Part shown: positions 34,817 through 47,273 of the stretch, piece by piece
How the letters are laid out: every line of letters begins with the position of its first letter
How positions within the stretch are numbered: the stretch's first letter is position 1
Assembly (NCBI RefSeq): GCF_050320075.1
Contig: NZ_CP190018.1
Reading direction: 5' to 3' (one strand)
DNA length: 64,000 nucleotides
Origin: Escherichia coli
Lineage (GTDB): Bacteria; Pseudomonadota; Gammaproteobacteria; Enterobacterales; Enterobacteriaceae
Position numbers and translations under genes: made by a program
Notes under the pieces: model-generated
What the model was told of the DNA's origin: nothing
Seen by the model: only the letters and a program-made list of their open reading frames with translations
The model's database searches: none

Positions 34817-34861
34817 AATATGAACTTTAACTTTTAGTCATTTTATAAAGAGGACATTTTC

Positions 34862-35368
34862 ATGAATCGTATTGAACATTATCATGACTGGTTACGTGAC
34901 GCCCACGCAATGGAAAAGCAAGCCGAATCTATGCTTGAATCCATGGCTAGTCGTATAGATAATTATCCTGAACTACGCGCTCGTATTGAACAACATCTTA
35001 GTGAAACCAAAAACCAGATTGTTCAACTGGAAACTATTCTTGATCGTAATGACATTTCACGTTCAGTCATTAAAGATTCCATGAGTAAAATGGCTGCGCT
35101 TGGGCAGTCAATCGGTGGTATATTCCCTTCTGATGAAATAGTCAAAGGCTCTATTAGCGGATATGTCTTCGAGCAATTTGAAATCGCCTGTTACACCTCA
35201 CTATTAGCAGCAGCAAAAAATGCCGGTGATACAGCTTCAATTCCAACCATCGAAGCGATTTTAAATGAGGAAAAAGAAATGGCCGACTGGCTGATTCAGC
35301 ATATTCCGCAAACAACTGAGAAATTTTTAATTCGCTCTGAAACTGATGGCGTAGAAGCGAAGAAATAA
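34862..35368 (+). CDS. yciE: DUF892 ferritin-like stress protein YciE, 168 aa
   Basis: 168 aa; similar architecture to YciF (four-helix-bundle signature ...HAMEKQAE...). Confidence 0.85.
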   Translation: MNRIEHYHDWLRDAHAMEKQAESMLESMASRIDNYPELRARIEQHLSETKNQIVQLETILDRNDISRSVIKDSMSKMAALGQSIGGIFPSDEIVKGSISGYVFEQFEIACYTSLLAAAKNAGDTASIPTIEAILNEEKEMADWLIQHIPQTTEKFLIRSETDGVEAKK

Positions 35369-35427
35369 TACCCTTTATACCATGTCCTTATTGACCCCGT
35401 ATATTACGGGGTCGTTTTTGTGCGGAA

Positions 35428-36066
35428 TTAAAAACGATATCCTGCTGAGAACATAAACACCCACGGATCGAGGCGTACGCTATCGTGTTGCTGTGCACCG
35501 CCCAGTTTATAATTGGCGGTGGTATCAATATCCATGTACCACACTGACATGTTAACCAACCAGTCACGGTTAATCAGATAATCAACCCCCACCTGCCCGG
35601 CAGCTCCCCAGGAGTCTTTAAGACTGAGATCGGAAAGCCCCGCCTCTTTGCCATGATCGTTAAATCCATTATCAAAGAAGGTGGTGTAGTTAATACCTGC
35701 ACCAACGTAAGGACGGAATTTGCTGCTGGCATCACCAAAATACCACTGCGCCATCAGTGTTGGCGGCAGATGATGAACGGTTGCAATATCGCCGGTCGCC
35801 CGGGTGCCGATTTTATGGCGGAACGGCGTCGCTGCCAGCAATTCCACACCAATGTTATCGGTCGCCATATAAGTAAACGTCAGGCCCAGTTGCGTGTTAT
35901 TGGTCACGCTGAATCCACCCAGACTTCCTAACGTACCACCAGCACCTTCTGTTGGACGTACGGTTGCAGACCCTGCACGCATAAAAAATTCGCCTGCTTC
36001 ATGCGCATAGGCACTGCCAGAGAGAAGAGTTGTTACTGCCAAAGCCGCCACTGTTAACTTTTTCAT
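35428..36066 (-). CDS. ompW: Outer membrane protein W, 212 aa
   Basis: Signal peptide MKKLTVAALAVTTLLSGSAYA and beta-barrel ending in the aromatic residue F (…SAGYRF). Confidence 0.9.
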   Translation of the reverse strand: MKKLTVAALAVTTLLSGSAYAHEAGEFFMRAGSATVRPTEGAGGTLGSLGGFSVTNNTQLGLTFTYMATDNIGVELLAATPFRHKIGTRATGDIATVHHLPPTLMAQWYFGDASSKFRPYVGAGINYTTFFDNGFNDHGKEAGLSDLSLKDSWGAAGQVGVDYLINRDWLVNMSVWYMDIDTTANYKLGGAQQHDSVRLDPWVFMFSAGYRF

Positions 36067-36214
36067 ATCCGCTCCGTCGTTATGGTTATAAAAACGTGAC
36101 GAATATACCTACATTGGAGTAACAAATGATCCTACATAGATCACATTACATATGATAATTCACCATTTATTGATCTGGATTAATTTAGAAGTTGCATTGA
36201 GAATCCTGGTTAAT

Positions 36215-36229
36215 GTGATTTAAATCAAT
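36215..36229. promoter_or_regulatory. FNR/CRP-like palindrome in the ompW upstream region
   Basis: gTGATttaaATCAat, a perfect palindrome with FNR-like half sites, about 150 bp upstream of the ompW start codon. Confidence 0.35.
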
Positions 36230-36422
36230 TTTTAAATATTTTCGCTACGCAAATATTAACTCGTTCGCCACTTGCCGCGGTTTGCCCACGCCTGAAGGCC
36301 AGCAATTACCTCCGCTTTACAAAGATATGCTTTTCCATACAAGACCTGATGCTGCCACCCGAGGCTTAACCAGGGTACAATTGCCCGCTAATTAACACCT
36401 GCATAAAACTCAAGGAGAGTGC

Positions 36423-37166
36423 ATGTCTATCACGGCGCAGTCCGTATACCGTGACACCGGAAATTTCTTCCGTAATCAATTTATGACCATTCTGTTGGTA
36501 TCGTTGCTATGTGCGTTTATCACAGTGGTGTTAGGGCATGTTTTCTCACCCAGTGATGCACAGCTTGCGCAGCTCAATGACGGCGTGCCCGTTAGCGGCA
36601 GTAGTGGGTTGTTCGACCTGGTTCAGAATATGTCACCGGAACAGCAACAAATTTTGCTGCAGGCTTCAGCGGCGTCCACTTTTTCAGGATTAATCGGTAA
36701 CGCCATTCTCGCCGGAGGCGTAATATTAATTATCCAGCTGGTGTCTGCGGGTCAGAGAGTCAGTACGCTGCGAGCTATTGGTGCCAGTGCGCCGATATTG
36801 CCAAAGTTATTTATTCTGATTTTTCTGACTACCCTTTTAGTACAGATTGGCATCATGCTGGTGGTCGTTCCGGGAATTATCATGGCCATTTTACTGGCCC
36901 TGGCACCGGTGATGTTGGTACAGGACAAAATGGGCGTTTTTGCCTCGATGCGTAGCAGTATGCGGCTGACTTGGGCGAATATGCGTCTGGTGGCACCCGC
37001 AGTACTGAGCTGGTTGCTGGCAAAAACACTGTTGCTGCTTTTTGCCTCTTCTTTTGCCGCATTAACCCCGGAAATTGGTGCCGTACTTGCGAACACCTTG
37101 AGCAACCTGATTTCAGCCATACTGCTCATCTATCTGTTCCGCCTGTATATGTTGATTCGCCAATAA
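36423..37166 (+). CDS. yciC: UPF0259 inner membrane protein YciC, 247 aa
   Basis: 247 aa multi-pass membrane ORF; position between ompW and yciB. Confidence 0.85.
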   Translation: MSITAQSVYRDTGNFFRNQFMTILLVSLLCAFITVVLGHVFSPSDAQLAQLNDGVPVSGSSGLFDLVQNMSPEQQQILLQASAASTFSGLIGNAILAGGVILIIQLVSAGQRVSTLRAIGASAPILPKLFILIFLTTLLVQIGIMLVVVPGIIMAILLALAPVMLVQDKMGVFASMRSSMRLTWANMRLVAPAVLSWLLAKTLLLLFASSFAALTPEIGAVLANTLSNLISAILLIYLFRLYMLIRQ

Positions 37167-37195
37167 CCTTAAGCATTTGATTACGGAATCGTAAA

Positions 37196-37735
37196 ATGAA
37201 GCAGTTTCTTGATTTTTTACCGCTGGTTGTCTTTTTCGCGTTTTACAAGATTTATGACATCTATGCGGCTACTGCGGCGCTGATCGTCGCCACGGCGCTT
37301 GTGCTTATATATAGCTGGGTTCGCTTTCGTAAGGTTGAGAAGATGGCCCTGATCACTTTTGTTCTGGTGGTCGTCTTCGGTGGCTTGACCCTGTTCTTCC
37401 ACAATGATGAGTTTATTAAATGGAAGGTTACTGTCATTTATGCCCTGTTTGCGGGTGCCCTGTTAGTCAGCCAATGGGTGATGAAAAAGCCGCTAATTCA
37501 GCGGATGCTGGGTAAAGAACTCACGCTGCCGCAACCGGTATGGTCGAAGCTGAATCTGGCCTGGGCTGTTTTCTTTATCCTTTGCGGTCTGGCAAACATC
37601 TACATCGCATTCTGGCTGCCGCAAAATATTTGGGTCAACTTTAAAGTCTTTGGCCTGACCGCCCTTACCTTAATCTTCACATTGTTAAGCGGTATCTATA
37701 TCTACCGCCACATGCCGCAGGAAGATAAATCCTAA
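37196..37735 (+). CDS. yciB: Inner membrane (intracellular septation) protein YciB, 179 aa
   Basis: 179 aa, five predicted TM helices; N-terminus [18 protein letters not shown]. Confidence 0.85.
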   Translation: MKQFLDFLPLVVFFAFYKIYDIYAATAALIVATALVLIYSWVRFRKVEKMALITFVLVVVFGGLTLFFHNDEFIKWKVTVIYALFAGALLVSQWVMKKPLIQRMLGKELTLPQPVWSKLNLAWAVFFILCGLANIYIAFWLPQNIWVNFKVFGLTALTLIFTLLSGIYIYRHMPQEDKS

Positions 37736-37839
37736 CCAGACTGCCAGTCCTTCGGGGCTGGCGCTGTATCTCCTCTGTTCTCCTCAGGAAAATCATAGTA
37801 GCATCGCGCCTGTGATTTTCCTTTTAAGTCGGTTTTACC

Positions 37840-38238
37840 ATGTCTACAACACATAACGTCCCTCAGGGCGATCTTGTTTTACGTACTTTAGCCATGCCCG
37901 CCGATACCAATGCCAATGGTGACATCTTTGGTGGTTGGTTAATGTCACAAATGGATATTGGCGGCGCTATTCTGGCGAAAGAAATTGCCCACGGTCGCGT
38001 AGTGACCGTGCGGGTTGAAGGAATGACTTTCTTACGACCGGTTGCGGTCGGCGATGTGGTGTGCTGCTATGCACGCTGTGTCCAGAAAGGGACGACATCG
38101 GTTAGCATTAATATTGAAGTGTGGGTGAAAAAAGTCGCGTCTGAACCCATTGGGCAACGCTATAAAGCGACAGAAGCATTATTTAAGTATGTCGCGGTTG
38201 ATCCTGAAGGAAAACCTCGCGCCTTACCTGTTGAGTAA
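37840..38238 (+). CDS. yciA: Acyl-CoA thioesterase (hotdog fold) YciA, 132 aa
   Basis: 132 aa; hotdog thioesterase signature around DIFGGWLMSQMD. Confidence 0.85.
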   Translation: MSTTHNVPQGDLVLRTLAMPADTNANGDIFGGWLMSQMDIGGAILAKEIAHGRVVTVRVEGMTFLRPVAVGDVVCCYARCVQKGTTSVSINIEVWVKKVASEPIGQRYKATEALFKYVAVDPEGKPRALPVE

Positions 38239-38277
38239 TAATCAAAAGCCTCCGGTCGGAGGCTTTTGACTTTATGC

Positions 38278-38997
38278 TTACTGAATTTCGGTGGTGCCGT
38301 TAATTTTAAACAGGATATTCACCACAATCCCACTGCCTGGCTTACCCGGCTCATAACGCCATCTGCGCATCGCATTTTTCACCTCACGCTCAAACATATT
38401 CGCAGGCTTGGCTGAGAGGATTTGTACGTTATCCACGCGACCATCCGGCGTGACGTCAAATTTAACTTTAACCTGCCCTTCAATGCGCAATGCCTGTGCT
38501 CGTGCCGGATACTGCGGCTGATTACGGCTTAATGCGCGTGGTCCTGAAGCCACACTGGTAACCGGCTTGCTGGTTGCAGCCGTCGCCGTACTTGATGTCG
38601 GGCGCGCGGGCGCCGTATTTTCAAACGGTGATGCCGGACGCGACTCTACGGGTTTGACATCGCGTTTTGGCTGTTCCTGTACCTTTTTCACCGGCTTCGG
38701 TTTTGGCTTAGGTTTCGGCTTCGGCTTTTCAATGACCACCGGTGCTTCTTTTGGCGGTTCGGGGATCGGCTCAGGTTCCGGTTCTGGCTCTACCACCGGC
38801 TCCGGTGGCGGCTGAACGGCTTGTGGCGGTTCGAGATCCGCAGGCGCAACCATCGTGACAGAAATTGGCTGCGCAGGCGCAGGTAGTTCAATAACCTGAT
38901 GTACCGAGGTATAGAGCAGACCCGCCACAACAGCACCATGAATGCAGACCGAAAGTAACGTCGGCCAGGGGAAGCGGCGAGGTAAATCAAGGGTCAT
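38278..38997 (-). CDS. tonB: TonB energy transducer, 239 aa
   Basis: ORF trimmed to [26 protein letters not shown]; characteristic (EP)n and (KP)n repeats. Confidence 0.95.
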   Translation of the reverse strand: MTLDLPRRFPWPTLLSVCIHGAVVAGLLYTSVHQVIELPAPAQPISVTMVAPADLEPPQAVQPPPEPVVEPEPEPEPIPEPPKEAPVVIEKPKPKPKPKPKPVKKVQEQPKRDVKPVESRPASPFENTAPARPTSSTATAATSKPVTSVASGPRALSRNQPQYPARAQALRIEGQVKVKFDVTPDGRVDNVQILSAKPANMFEREVKNAMRRWRYEPGKPGSGIVVNILFKINGTTEIQ

Positions 38998-39040
38998 TGA
39001 AGTCATAATCATTTCAGTAGAAAAACCAGGCCTCGATTTT

Positions 39041-39066
39041 AAATGCAAATAGCAATCATATTCAAT
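39041..39066 (-). promoter_or_regulatory. Candidate Fur box in the tonB promoter region
   Basis: Minus-strand sequence attgaatatgattgctatttgcattt resembles the Fur consensus and lies about 45-70 nt upstream of the tonB start. Confidence 0.5.
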
Positions 39067-39220
39067 AAGGCAAGACGATCAGGATCAGTGAAAATGTCAT
39101 TTTTGGCGTAATTGACCTTACTTTATGCATGGTCTTAACAAAGACATCATCTTTCCGTTGCAGATCTTCGCCCTTTCAAATAACGTACTTTACAACTTTC
39201 CCGAACAAGGAGTTGTGCCC

Positions 39221-39517
39221 GTGTTGTATGTTATTTACGCTCAAGACAAAGCTGATAGCCTCGAAAAACGCCTTTCCGTTCGTCCGGCACATTTAGCACG
39301 TTTACAGTTACTGCATGATGAAGGTCGTTTGTTGACAGCTGGTCCAATGCCAGCGGTAGACAGTAACGATCCAGGGGCTGCGGGATTTACTGGCTCAACC
39401 GTTATTGCTGAATTTGAATCGCTGGAAGCAGCTCAGGCCTGGGCCGATGCTGACCCGTACGTAGCGGCAGGAGTCTATGAACACGTTTCAGTGAAACCAT
39501 TTAAGAAAGTGTTCTGA
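39221..39517 (+). CDS. yciI: YciI-like (Dabb-fold) protein, 98 aa, GTG start
   Basis: ORF 39125..39517 trimmed to the GTG at 39221 ([17 protein letters not shown]) preceded by aaggag 8 nt upstream. Confidence 0.8.
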
Positions 39518-39817
39518 ATAGAGATTCAATATTTAAGGGCACGGTTTTTGCAACCGTGTTCTTGTTTGGCCTTTCCTTATAGGTCGGTCAGTGCATTCAC
39601 CCCCACAAGCAGATAATAACTTTATCTGTATTTCTTTATATGATGTAAGCATATTCAGGAAAAATGCCCTTTCCTGACGCAGAGTTGCTCACTCAAAACC
39701 TTTGATTACTGCGGATAAAGTCATCTACTATTGTTTAACACATTCACGCGCTGCATGTATGTTCAGAAAATGTGCACGCTCAGATAATTAAACAAAATTG
39801 TGGTTACAGAGGTATCA

Positions 39818-41071
39818 GTGAGTCACTGGGCTACATTCAAACAAACAGCAACTAATTTATGGGTGACCCTACGGCACGACATTCTCGCGCTGGCCGTCTT
39901 TTTAAATGGATTGCTTATTTTTAAAACAATCTATGGTATGTCGGTCAATTTGCTAGATATTTTCCATATCAAAGCATTTTCAGAGTTGGATCTCTCCTTG
40001 CTGGCAAACGCCCCACTCTTTATGCTCGGCGTCTTTCTTGTCCTGAACTCCATTGGCTTACTGTTCCGGGCAAAGCTCGCATGGGCAATCAGTATCATTT
40101 TGTTGTTGATAGCGCTAATTTACACCCTGCATTTTTATCCCTGGCTGAAATTTAGTATTGGATTTTGCATTTTTACGCTGGTGTTTTTGCTGATACTGCG
40201 CAAAGACTTCTCCCACAGTAGCGCCGCAGCCGGGACAATTTTCGCATTTATTAGTTTCACGACGTTACTGTTTTACTCCACCTACGGTGCGCTTTATTTA
40301 AGCGAAGGTTTTAATCCGCGAATAGAAAGTTTGATGACCGCGTTCTATTTTTCGATAGAAACCATGTCAACCGTCGGCTATGGCGATATTGTCCCTGTTT
40401 CTGAATCAGCACGATTGTTCACTATTTCGGTCATTATTTCCGGCATTACCGTTTTTGCCACCTCTATGACCTCAATTTTTGGTCCGCTTATCCGCGGGGG
40501 ATTCAACAAACTTGTAAAAGGAAACAATCATACAATGCATCGTAAAGATCATTTTATTGTTTGCGGACATTCGATTCTCGCCATCAATACGATCCTGCAA
40601 CTGAATCAACGCGGACAAAACGTAACGGTTATCAGCAACTTGCCTGAAGATGATATCAAGCAACTTGAGCAACGCTTAGGCGATAACGCTGATGTTATCC
40701 CCGGTGACAGTAATGACAGTTCAGTCTTGAAGAAAGCGGGAATCGATCGTTGCCGGGCCATTCTGGCGCTGAGTGATAACGATGCAGATAACGCGTTTGT
40801 TGTACTCTCGGCAAAAGATATGAGCAGTGATGTCAAAACAGTTCTCGCCGTCAGTGATAGCAAAAACCTGAATAAGATTAAGATGGTACATCCGGATATC
40901 ATTCTCTCGCCGCAACTGTTTGGCAGCGAAATTCTGGCGCGAGTTTTAAATGGTGAAGAGATTAATAATGATATGCTCGTTTCAATGTTGTTGAACTCCG
41001 GTCATGGCATTTTCAGCGATAACGATGAACAAGAAACGAAAGCTGACAGTAAAGAATCGGCGCAAAAATAG
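39818..41071 (+). CDS. kch: Voltage-gated potassium channel Kch, 417 aa, GTG start
   Basis: Selectivity filter TVGYGD, six TM segments, C-terminal RCK/TrkA-N domain; start trimmed to the GTG giving MSHWATFKQ. Confidence 0.85.
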   Translation: MSHWATFKQTATNLWVTLRHDILALAVFLNGLLIFKTIYGMSVNLLDIFHIKAFSELDLSLLANAPLFMLGVFLVLNSIGLLFRAKLAWAISIILLLIALIYTLHFYPWLKFSIGFCIFTLVFLLILRKDFSHSSAAAGTIFAFISFTTLLFYSTYGALYLSEGFNPRIESLMTAFYFSIETMSTVGYGDIVPVSESARLFTISVIISGITVFATSMTSIFGPLIRGGFNKLVKGNNHTMHRKDHFIVCGHSILAINTILQLNQRGQNVTVISNLPEDDIKQLEQRLGDNADVIPGDSNDSSVLKKAGIDRCRAILALSDNDADNAFVVLSAKDMSSDVKTVLAVSDSKNLNKIKMVHPDIILSPQLFGSEILARVLNGEEINNDMLVSMLLNSGHGIFSDNDEQETKADSKESAQK

Positions 41072-41441
41072 AGTTTAAAGACGGAAGAGTAAACTTATTG
41101 GGCACCGCAATGGTGCCCAGTACATTTAGATATTGTAGATCGCAAACAATAACGAGTTACGCTGTTTGTTTAGAATGCACTTCCTGATGCTGTGGATACG
41201 CATATTTCGGCGCGATTGCCCCTCAAGCCAACGCGATTTACGTCGGCTAGCCTGACGCTGCATGCGCCAGCGCCCCACTTCCGTTCTACTCCGCTTCATG
41301 TTAACTACTCTATGCAATAACAGAATGGTCATTATACCCCCGCCCCCGACGCTGACCAGTGCTTTTCCCGCGTTTTTATTTGCCAGATGAATCCATATGC
41401 GTAAACTCATAACAATGCGCTTTCAAAAGGATTTCTAATCT

Positions 41442-43266
<1,825 letters not shown>

Positions 43267-43318
43267 ATAATCGCTTTCGGCGTGAAAAAGGGCTGACAAC
43301 TGTCAGCCCTTATTGTGT

Positions 43319-44323
43319 TTAAAGCGGATCGACTTTCAGGCAAGAAACGGCGTGTCTGAAACTCCCCTCCAGAACAGGACGTGTTTTGGCGCACTCCGGA
43401 CCGGCAATCGGGCAACGGGTACGGAAAACACAACCGGAAGGCGGGTTGATCGGCGACGGTAATTCCCCTTCCAGTAACTGGATGGTTTTGTTCTTCTCCA
43501 GATCCGGATCAGGTATGGGGACTGCCGACATCAATGCCCGGGTGTAAGGATGTAGTGGATTGTGGTAGACCTCATCATAGTTCCCCAGTTCTACCGCATG
43601 GCCGAGATACATCACCAGCACACGATCGGAAATGTGTTTTACCACGGCCAGGTCGTGAGCGATAAAAATTAATGACAATCCCATCTCGCGTTGCAGCTGC
43701 TGGAGCAGGTTGACCACCTGCGCCTGAATTGACACGTCCAGCGCCGACACCGGCTCATCACAGATAATCAGCTTCGGTTCAAGAATAAGAGCACGAGCAA
43801 TCCCGATACGCTGGCACTGCCCACCAGAGAACTCATGCGGATAGCGGTTAATCAGGTTAGGCAATAACCCGACTTTCAGCATCATCGCCTTCACGCGCTC
43901 GCGAACTTCCTGGCGTGACATTTTCGGATGATAAGTACGCAGTGGTTCAGCGATGATCTCGCCGATGGTCATACGCGGGTTAAGCGATGCCAACGGATCC
44001 TGGAAAATCATCTGAATATCACTGCGAACGGCACGCCATTCATCGGGCTTCATGCCCAGCAACTCTTTACCTAACCAGGCAACATGACCGTCGGTCGCCT
44101 TGACCAAACCGATGATGGCGCGAGCAAAGGTGGACTTACCGCATCCCGATTCCCCTACCACACCTAAAGTTTCCCCTTCATACAGGCGAAGAGTGACACC
44201 ATCGACGGCTTTGAGCGTTTTCGGCGGTTGCCAGAACCACTGTTTGCCATCTTTGATTTCAAAGTGCACTTTCAGATCGGCGATTTCAAGGAGGACTTTT
44301 CTTCCTTCAGTTACAGCATTCAT
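43319..44323 (-). CDS. oppF: Oligopeptide ABC transporter ATP-binding protein OppF, 334 aa
   Basis: Walker A GESGCGKST, ABC signature LSGGQ; last gene of the opp cluster. Confidence 0.9.
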   Translation of the reverse strand: MNAVTEGRKVLLEIADLKVHFEIKDGKQWFWQPPKTLKAVDGVTLRLYEGETLGVVGESGCGKSTFARAIIGLVKATDGHVAWLGKELLGMKPDEWRAVRSDIQMIFQDPLASLNPRMTIGEIIAEPLRTYHPKMSRQEVRERVKAMMLKVGLLPNLINRYPHEFSGGQCQRIGIARALILEPKLIICDEPVSALDVSIQAQVVNLLQQLQREMGLSLIFIAHDLAVVKHISDRVLVMYLGHAVELGNYDEVYHNPLHPYTRALMSAVPIPDPDLEKNKTIQLLEGELPSPINPPSGCVFRTRCPIAGPECAKTRPVLEGSFRHAVSCLKVDPL

Positions 44324-45333
44324 AACAGTTCCTCCACCGGTTTAAAGCAAGCACGCAGACGGCCAGGCGTAAACTCTTCCAGCGGCGGTGCGCTACTACA
44401 AATTTCCATCGCATGCGGACAACGTGGCTGGAACGGGCAACCTTTCGGTAATCGCAGCAAGTTTGGCGGATTACCCGGGATGGTCAACATTGTTTCACCT
44501 TCCGCATCAAGACGCGGCACCGCGTTGAGCAAACCGATAGAATAAGGATGAACGGGTTGATAAAAGACATCGCGCGCATTGCCATATTCCATCGTGCGCC
44601 CGGCGTACATTACCAGCACTTTGTCGCAGATCCCCGCCACCACGCCAAGATCGTGGGTGATCATAATGATGGCGGTATTAAATTCCCGCTTCAGTTCATT
44701 TAATAGCGTCATGATCTGTGCCTGTACGGTGACGTCCAGCGCAGTAGTGGGTTCATCCGCAATCAGCAGCTTAGGTCGACATAGCAATGCCATCGCAATC
44801 ATGACTCGCTGACGCATGCCGCCAGAAAATTCGTGCGGGTACATTTTCATGCGTTTACGCGCTTCCGGCATTTTTACCGCATCGAGCATCCGCACCGACT
44901 CTTCAAACGCCTCAGCTTTGCTCATGTTCTTATGCAGCATCAGCACTTCCATCAACTGCTCACCGACACGCATATAGGGATTCAACGAAGTCATTGGGTC
45001 CTGAAAAATCATTGAGATTTGTTCAGCGCGCAGTTTATTGAGTTCATGCTCTGGCAAATTGAGGATTTCACGCCCATTGAAGGTTGCCGATCCGCCAATA
45101 CGTCCGTTGGCAGCCAACAGGCCCATCAACGCAAATGCAGTTTGCGATTTACCCGAACCAGACTCACCTACAATGCCCAGCGTTTCTCCGGCACGTAGGG
45201 AAAAATTCAAATCATTGACCGCCGTGACGTCGCCGTCCGGGGTACTAAAGGTGACACGCAAATCTTTCACGTTCAGCAGTGCGTCAGCCTGTTGTTGTGC
45301 GAGCGGCACAGTTGCAGTTTCAATTACGCTCAT
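44320..45333 (-). CDS. oppD: Oligopeptide ABC transporter ATP-binding protein OppD, 337 aa
   Basis: Walker A GESGSGKSQ, signature FSGGMRQR; 4-nt overlap with oppF. Confidence 0.9.
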   Translation of the reverse strand: MSVIETATVPLAQQQADALLNVKDLRVTFSTPDGDVTAVNDLNFSLRAGETLGIVGESGSGKSQTAFALMGLLAANGRIGGSATFNGREILNLPEHELNKLRAEQISMIFQDPMTSLNPYMRVGEQLMEVLMLHKNMSKAEAFEESVRMLDAVKMPEARKRMKMYPHEFSGGMRQRVMIAMALLCRPKLLIADEPTTALDVTVQAQIMTLLNELKREFNTAIIMITHDLGVVAGICDKVLVMYAGRTMEYGNARDVFYQPVHPYSIGLLNAVPRLDAEGETMLTIPGNPPNLLRLPKGCPFQPRCPHAMEICSSAPPLEEFTPGRLRACFKPVEELL

Positions 45334-45344
45334 GGCTGCACTCC

Positions 45345-46253
45345 TTAACGATCTTTCGGGTCGAGGGCATCACGCAAGCCATCGCCGATAAAGTTGAAAC
45401 AAAACAGTGTCACCACGAGGAATCCCGCTGGGAACAACAGTAACCATGGAGAGACTTCCATCGAGTTCGCGCCATCACTCAGCAATGCACCCCAGCTGCT
45501 TAACGGCTCTTGCGTACCCAACCCCAGGAAGCTAAGGAAAGATTCAAAGAGGATCATGCTGGGCACCAGAAGTGATGCGTAGACCACCACCACACCGAGT
45601 ACATTCGGCACAATGTGGCGAATAACAATGCCCGACGTCGATACACCGCCAACTTGTGCCGCCTCAATAAACTCTTTGCGCTTCAGACTCAGGGTTTGCC
45701 CACGCACAATACGAGCCATATCCAGCCAGGAAACCATGCCTATCGCCACGAAAATCAGCAGGATGTTTTGACCGAAAAAGGTCACCAGCAAAATGACGAA
45801 GAACATGAATGGGAAGGAGTTGAGGATTTCCAGCAGACGCATCATTACCGAATCCACTTTACCGCCCAGATAACCGGAAAGCGAACCATAAAGTGTCCCG
45901 ACGACCACAGCCACCAGTGCCGCAGCAACACCGACCATGAGTGAGATACGCCCGCCAATCGCAACGCGTACAAGCAGGTCGCGACCGGATGAGTCAGTAC
46001 CAAAGTAGTGACCGGACTCCATATCCGGGGCGCTGGACATCATCGCCCAGTCAGTATCGTCATAGGCAAACTGCGAAAGCATCGGTGCCAGGATTACAAA
46101 TAACGCGATCAGCACCAGCACTATCAGACTGGCAACCGCCGCACGGTTATGCATAAAACGTCGACGTGCGTCCTGCCACAAGCTGCGCCCTTCGACCTCC
46201 AGCTTTTCACTGAAATTTTCCAGCGTCTCGCTGTTTTTCTTACTTAACATCAT
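45345..46253 (-). CDS. oppC: Oligopeptide ABC transporter permease OppC, 302 aa
   Basis: 302 aa permease with ABC-transmembrane domain. Confidence 0.9.
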   Translation of the reverse strand: MMLSKKNSETLENFSEKLEVEGRSLWQDARRRFMHNRAAVASLIVLVLIALFVILAPMLSQFAYDDTDWAMMSSAPDMESGHYFGTDSSGRDLLVRVAIGGRISLMVGVAAALVAVVVGTLYGSLSGYLGGKVDSVMMRLLEILNSFPFMFFVILLVTFFGQNILLIFVAIGMVSWLDMARIVRGQTLSLKRKEFIEAAQVGGVSTSGIVIRHIVPNVLGVVVVYASLLVPSMILFESFLSFLGLGTQEPLSSWGALLSDGANSMEVSPWLLLFPAGFLVVTLFCFNFIGDGLRDALDPKDR

Positions 46254-46267
46254 CGCGAGCTCCAGTA

Positions 46268-47188
46268 TCAGTAACGGATTTTCGGGTCGATAACCGCATA
46301 TAGCACATCGACAATGGCATTAAACAAAATGGTTAACGCACCAACCAGGATAGTCAGGCTTAACACTAAGGAATAGTCACGGTTCAATGCGCCATTAACG
46401 AACAGTTGCCCAATCCCCGGCAAACCATAAATGGTTTCGATAACCATAGAACCGGTAATAATGCCGACAAATGCGGGGCCCATATAGGAGAGCACGGGTA
46501 ACAGAGCAGGTTTTAATGCGTGGCGTAAAATGATCCGCCGCATAGGTAACCCTTTCGCCCGGGCAGTACGAATAAAGTTGGAGTGTAAAACCTCAATCAT
46601 AGAGCCACGGGTAATACGCGCAATACTGGCGATATAGGCGAGTGACAACGCCACCATCGGCAATATCATGAATTTAAGCGCCCCACCATTCCAGCCACCG
46701 CCCGGCAGCCAATGCAAAATGATCGCAAATATCATGACTAATAATGGCGCAACCACAAAACTAGGGATAACAACCCCGGTCATTGCCAGCCCCATCACGG
46801 TATAGTCCCATTTGGTGTTTTGTTTTAATGCGGCAATAACGCCAGCACTAACACCCAGTATTACCGCAAGGAAAAATGCTGCGGCTCCCAGTTTGGCAGA
46901 AACGGGAAAACTGGATGCAACCAGGTCGTTGACCGAATAATCTTTATATTTAAACGATGGACCGAAATCGCCATGCGCCAGTTGTTTCAGGTAGCTGAAA
47001 TACTGTGTCATGATCGGATCATTAAGATGATATTTCGCTTCGATATTGGCCATCACTTCTGGCGGTAAAGTACGTTCGCCGGTAAAAGGGCTTCCCGGCG
47101 CGAGGCGCATCATGAAGAACGAAATAGTAATAAGAATAAATAGCGTCGGAATCGCTTCCAGACAGCGACGTAGAATAAATTTTAACAT
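46268..47188 (-). CDS. oppB: Oligopeptide ABC transporter permease OppB, 306 aa
   Basis: 306 aa permease with ABC-transmembrane domain. Confidence 0.9.
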   Translation of the reverse strand: MLKFILRRCLEAIPTLFILITISFFMMRLAPGSPFTGERTLPPEVMANIEAKYHLNDPIMTQYFSYLKQLAHGDFGPSFKYKDYSVNDLVASSFPVSAKLGAAAFFLAVILGVSAGVIAALKQNTKWDYTVMGLAMTGVVIPSFVVAPLLVMIFAIILHWLPGGGWNGGALKFMILPMVALSLAYIASIARITRGSMIEVLHSNFIRTARAKGLPMRRIILRHALKPALLPVLSYMGPAFVGIITGSMVIETIYGLPGIGQLFVNGALNRDYSLVLSLTILVGALTILFNAIVDVLYAVIDPKIRY

Positions 47189-47273
47189 TGCCCTACCTTC
47201 TGGCCTGTGCCTTCTGTAATGCGATAAAAATCAGACACCGTGGAGCAGGACACGCCTGCCCCACGTATTGCCA

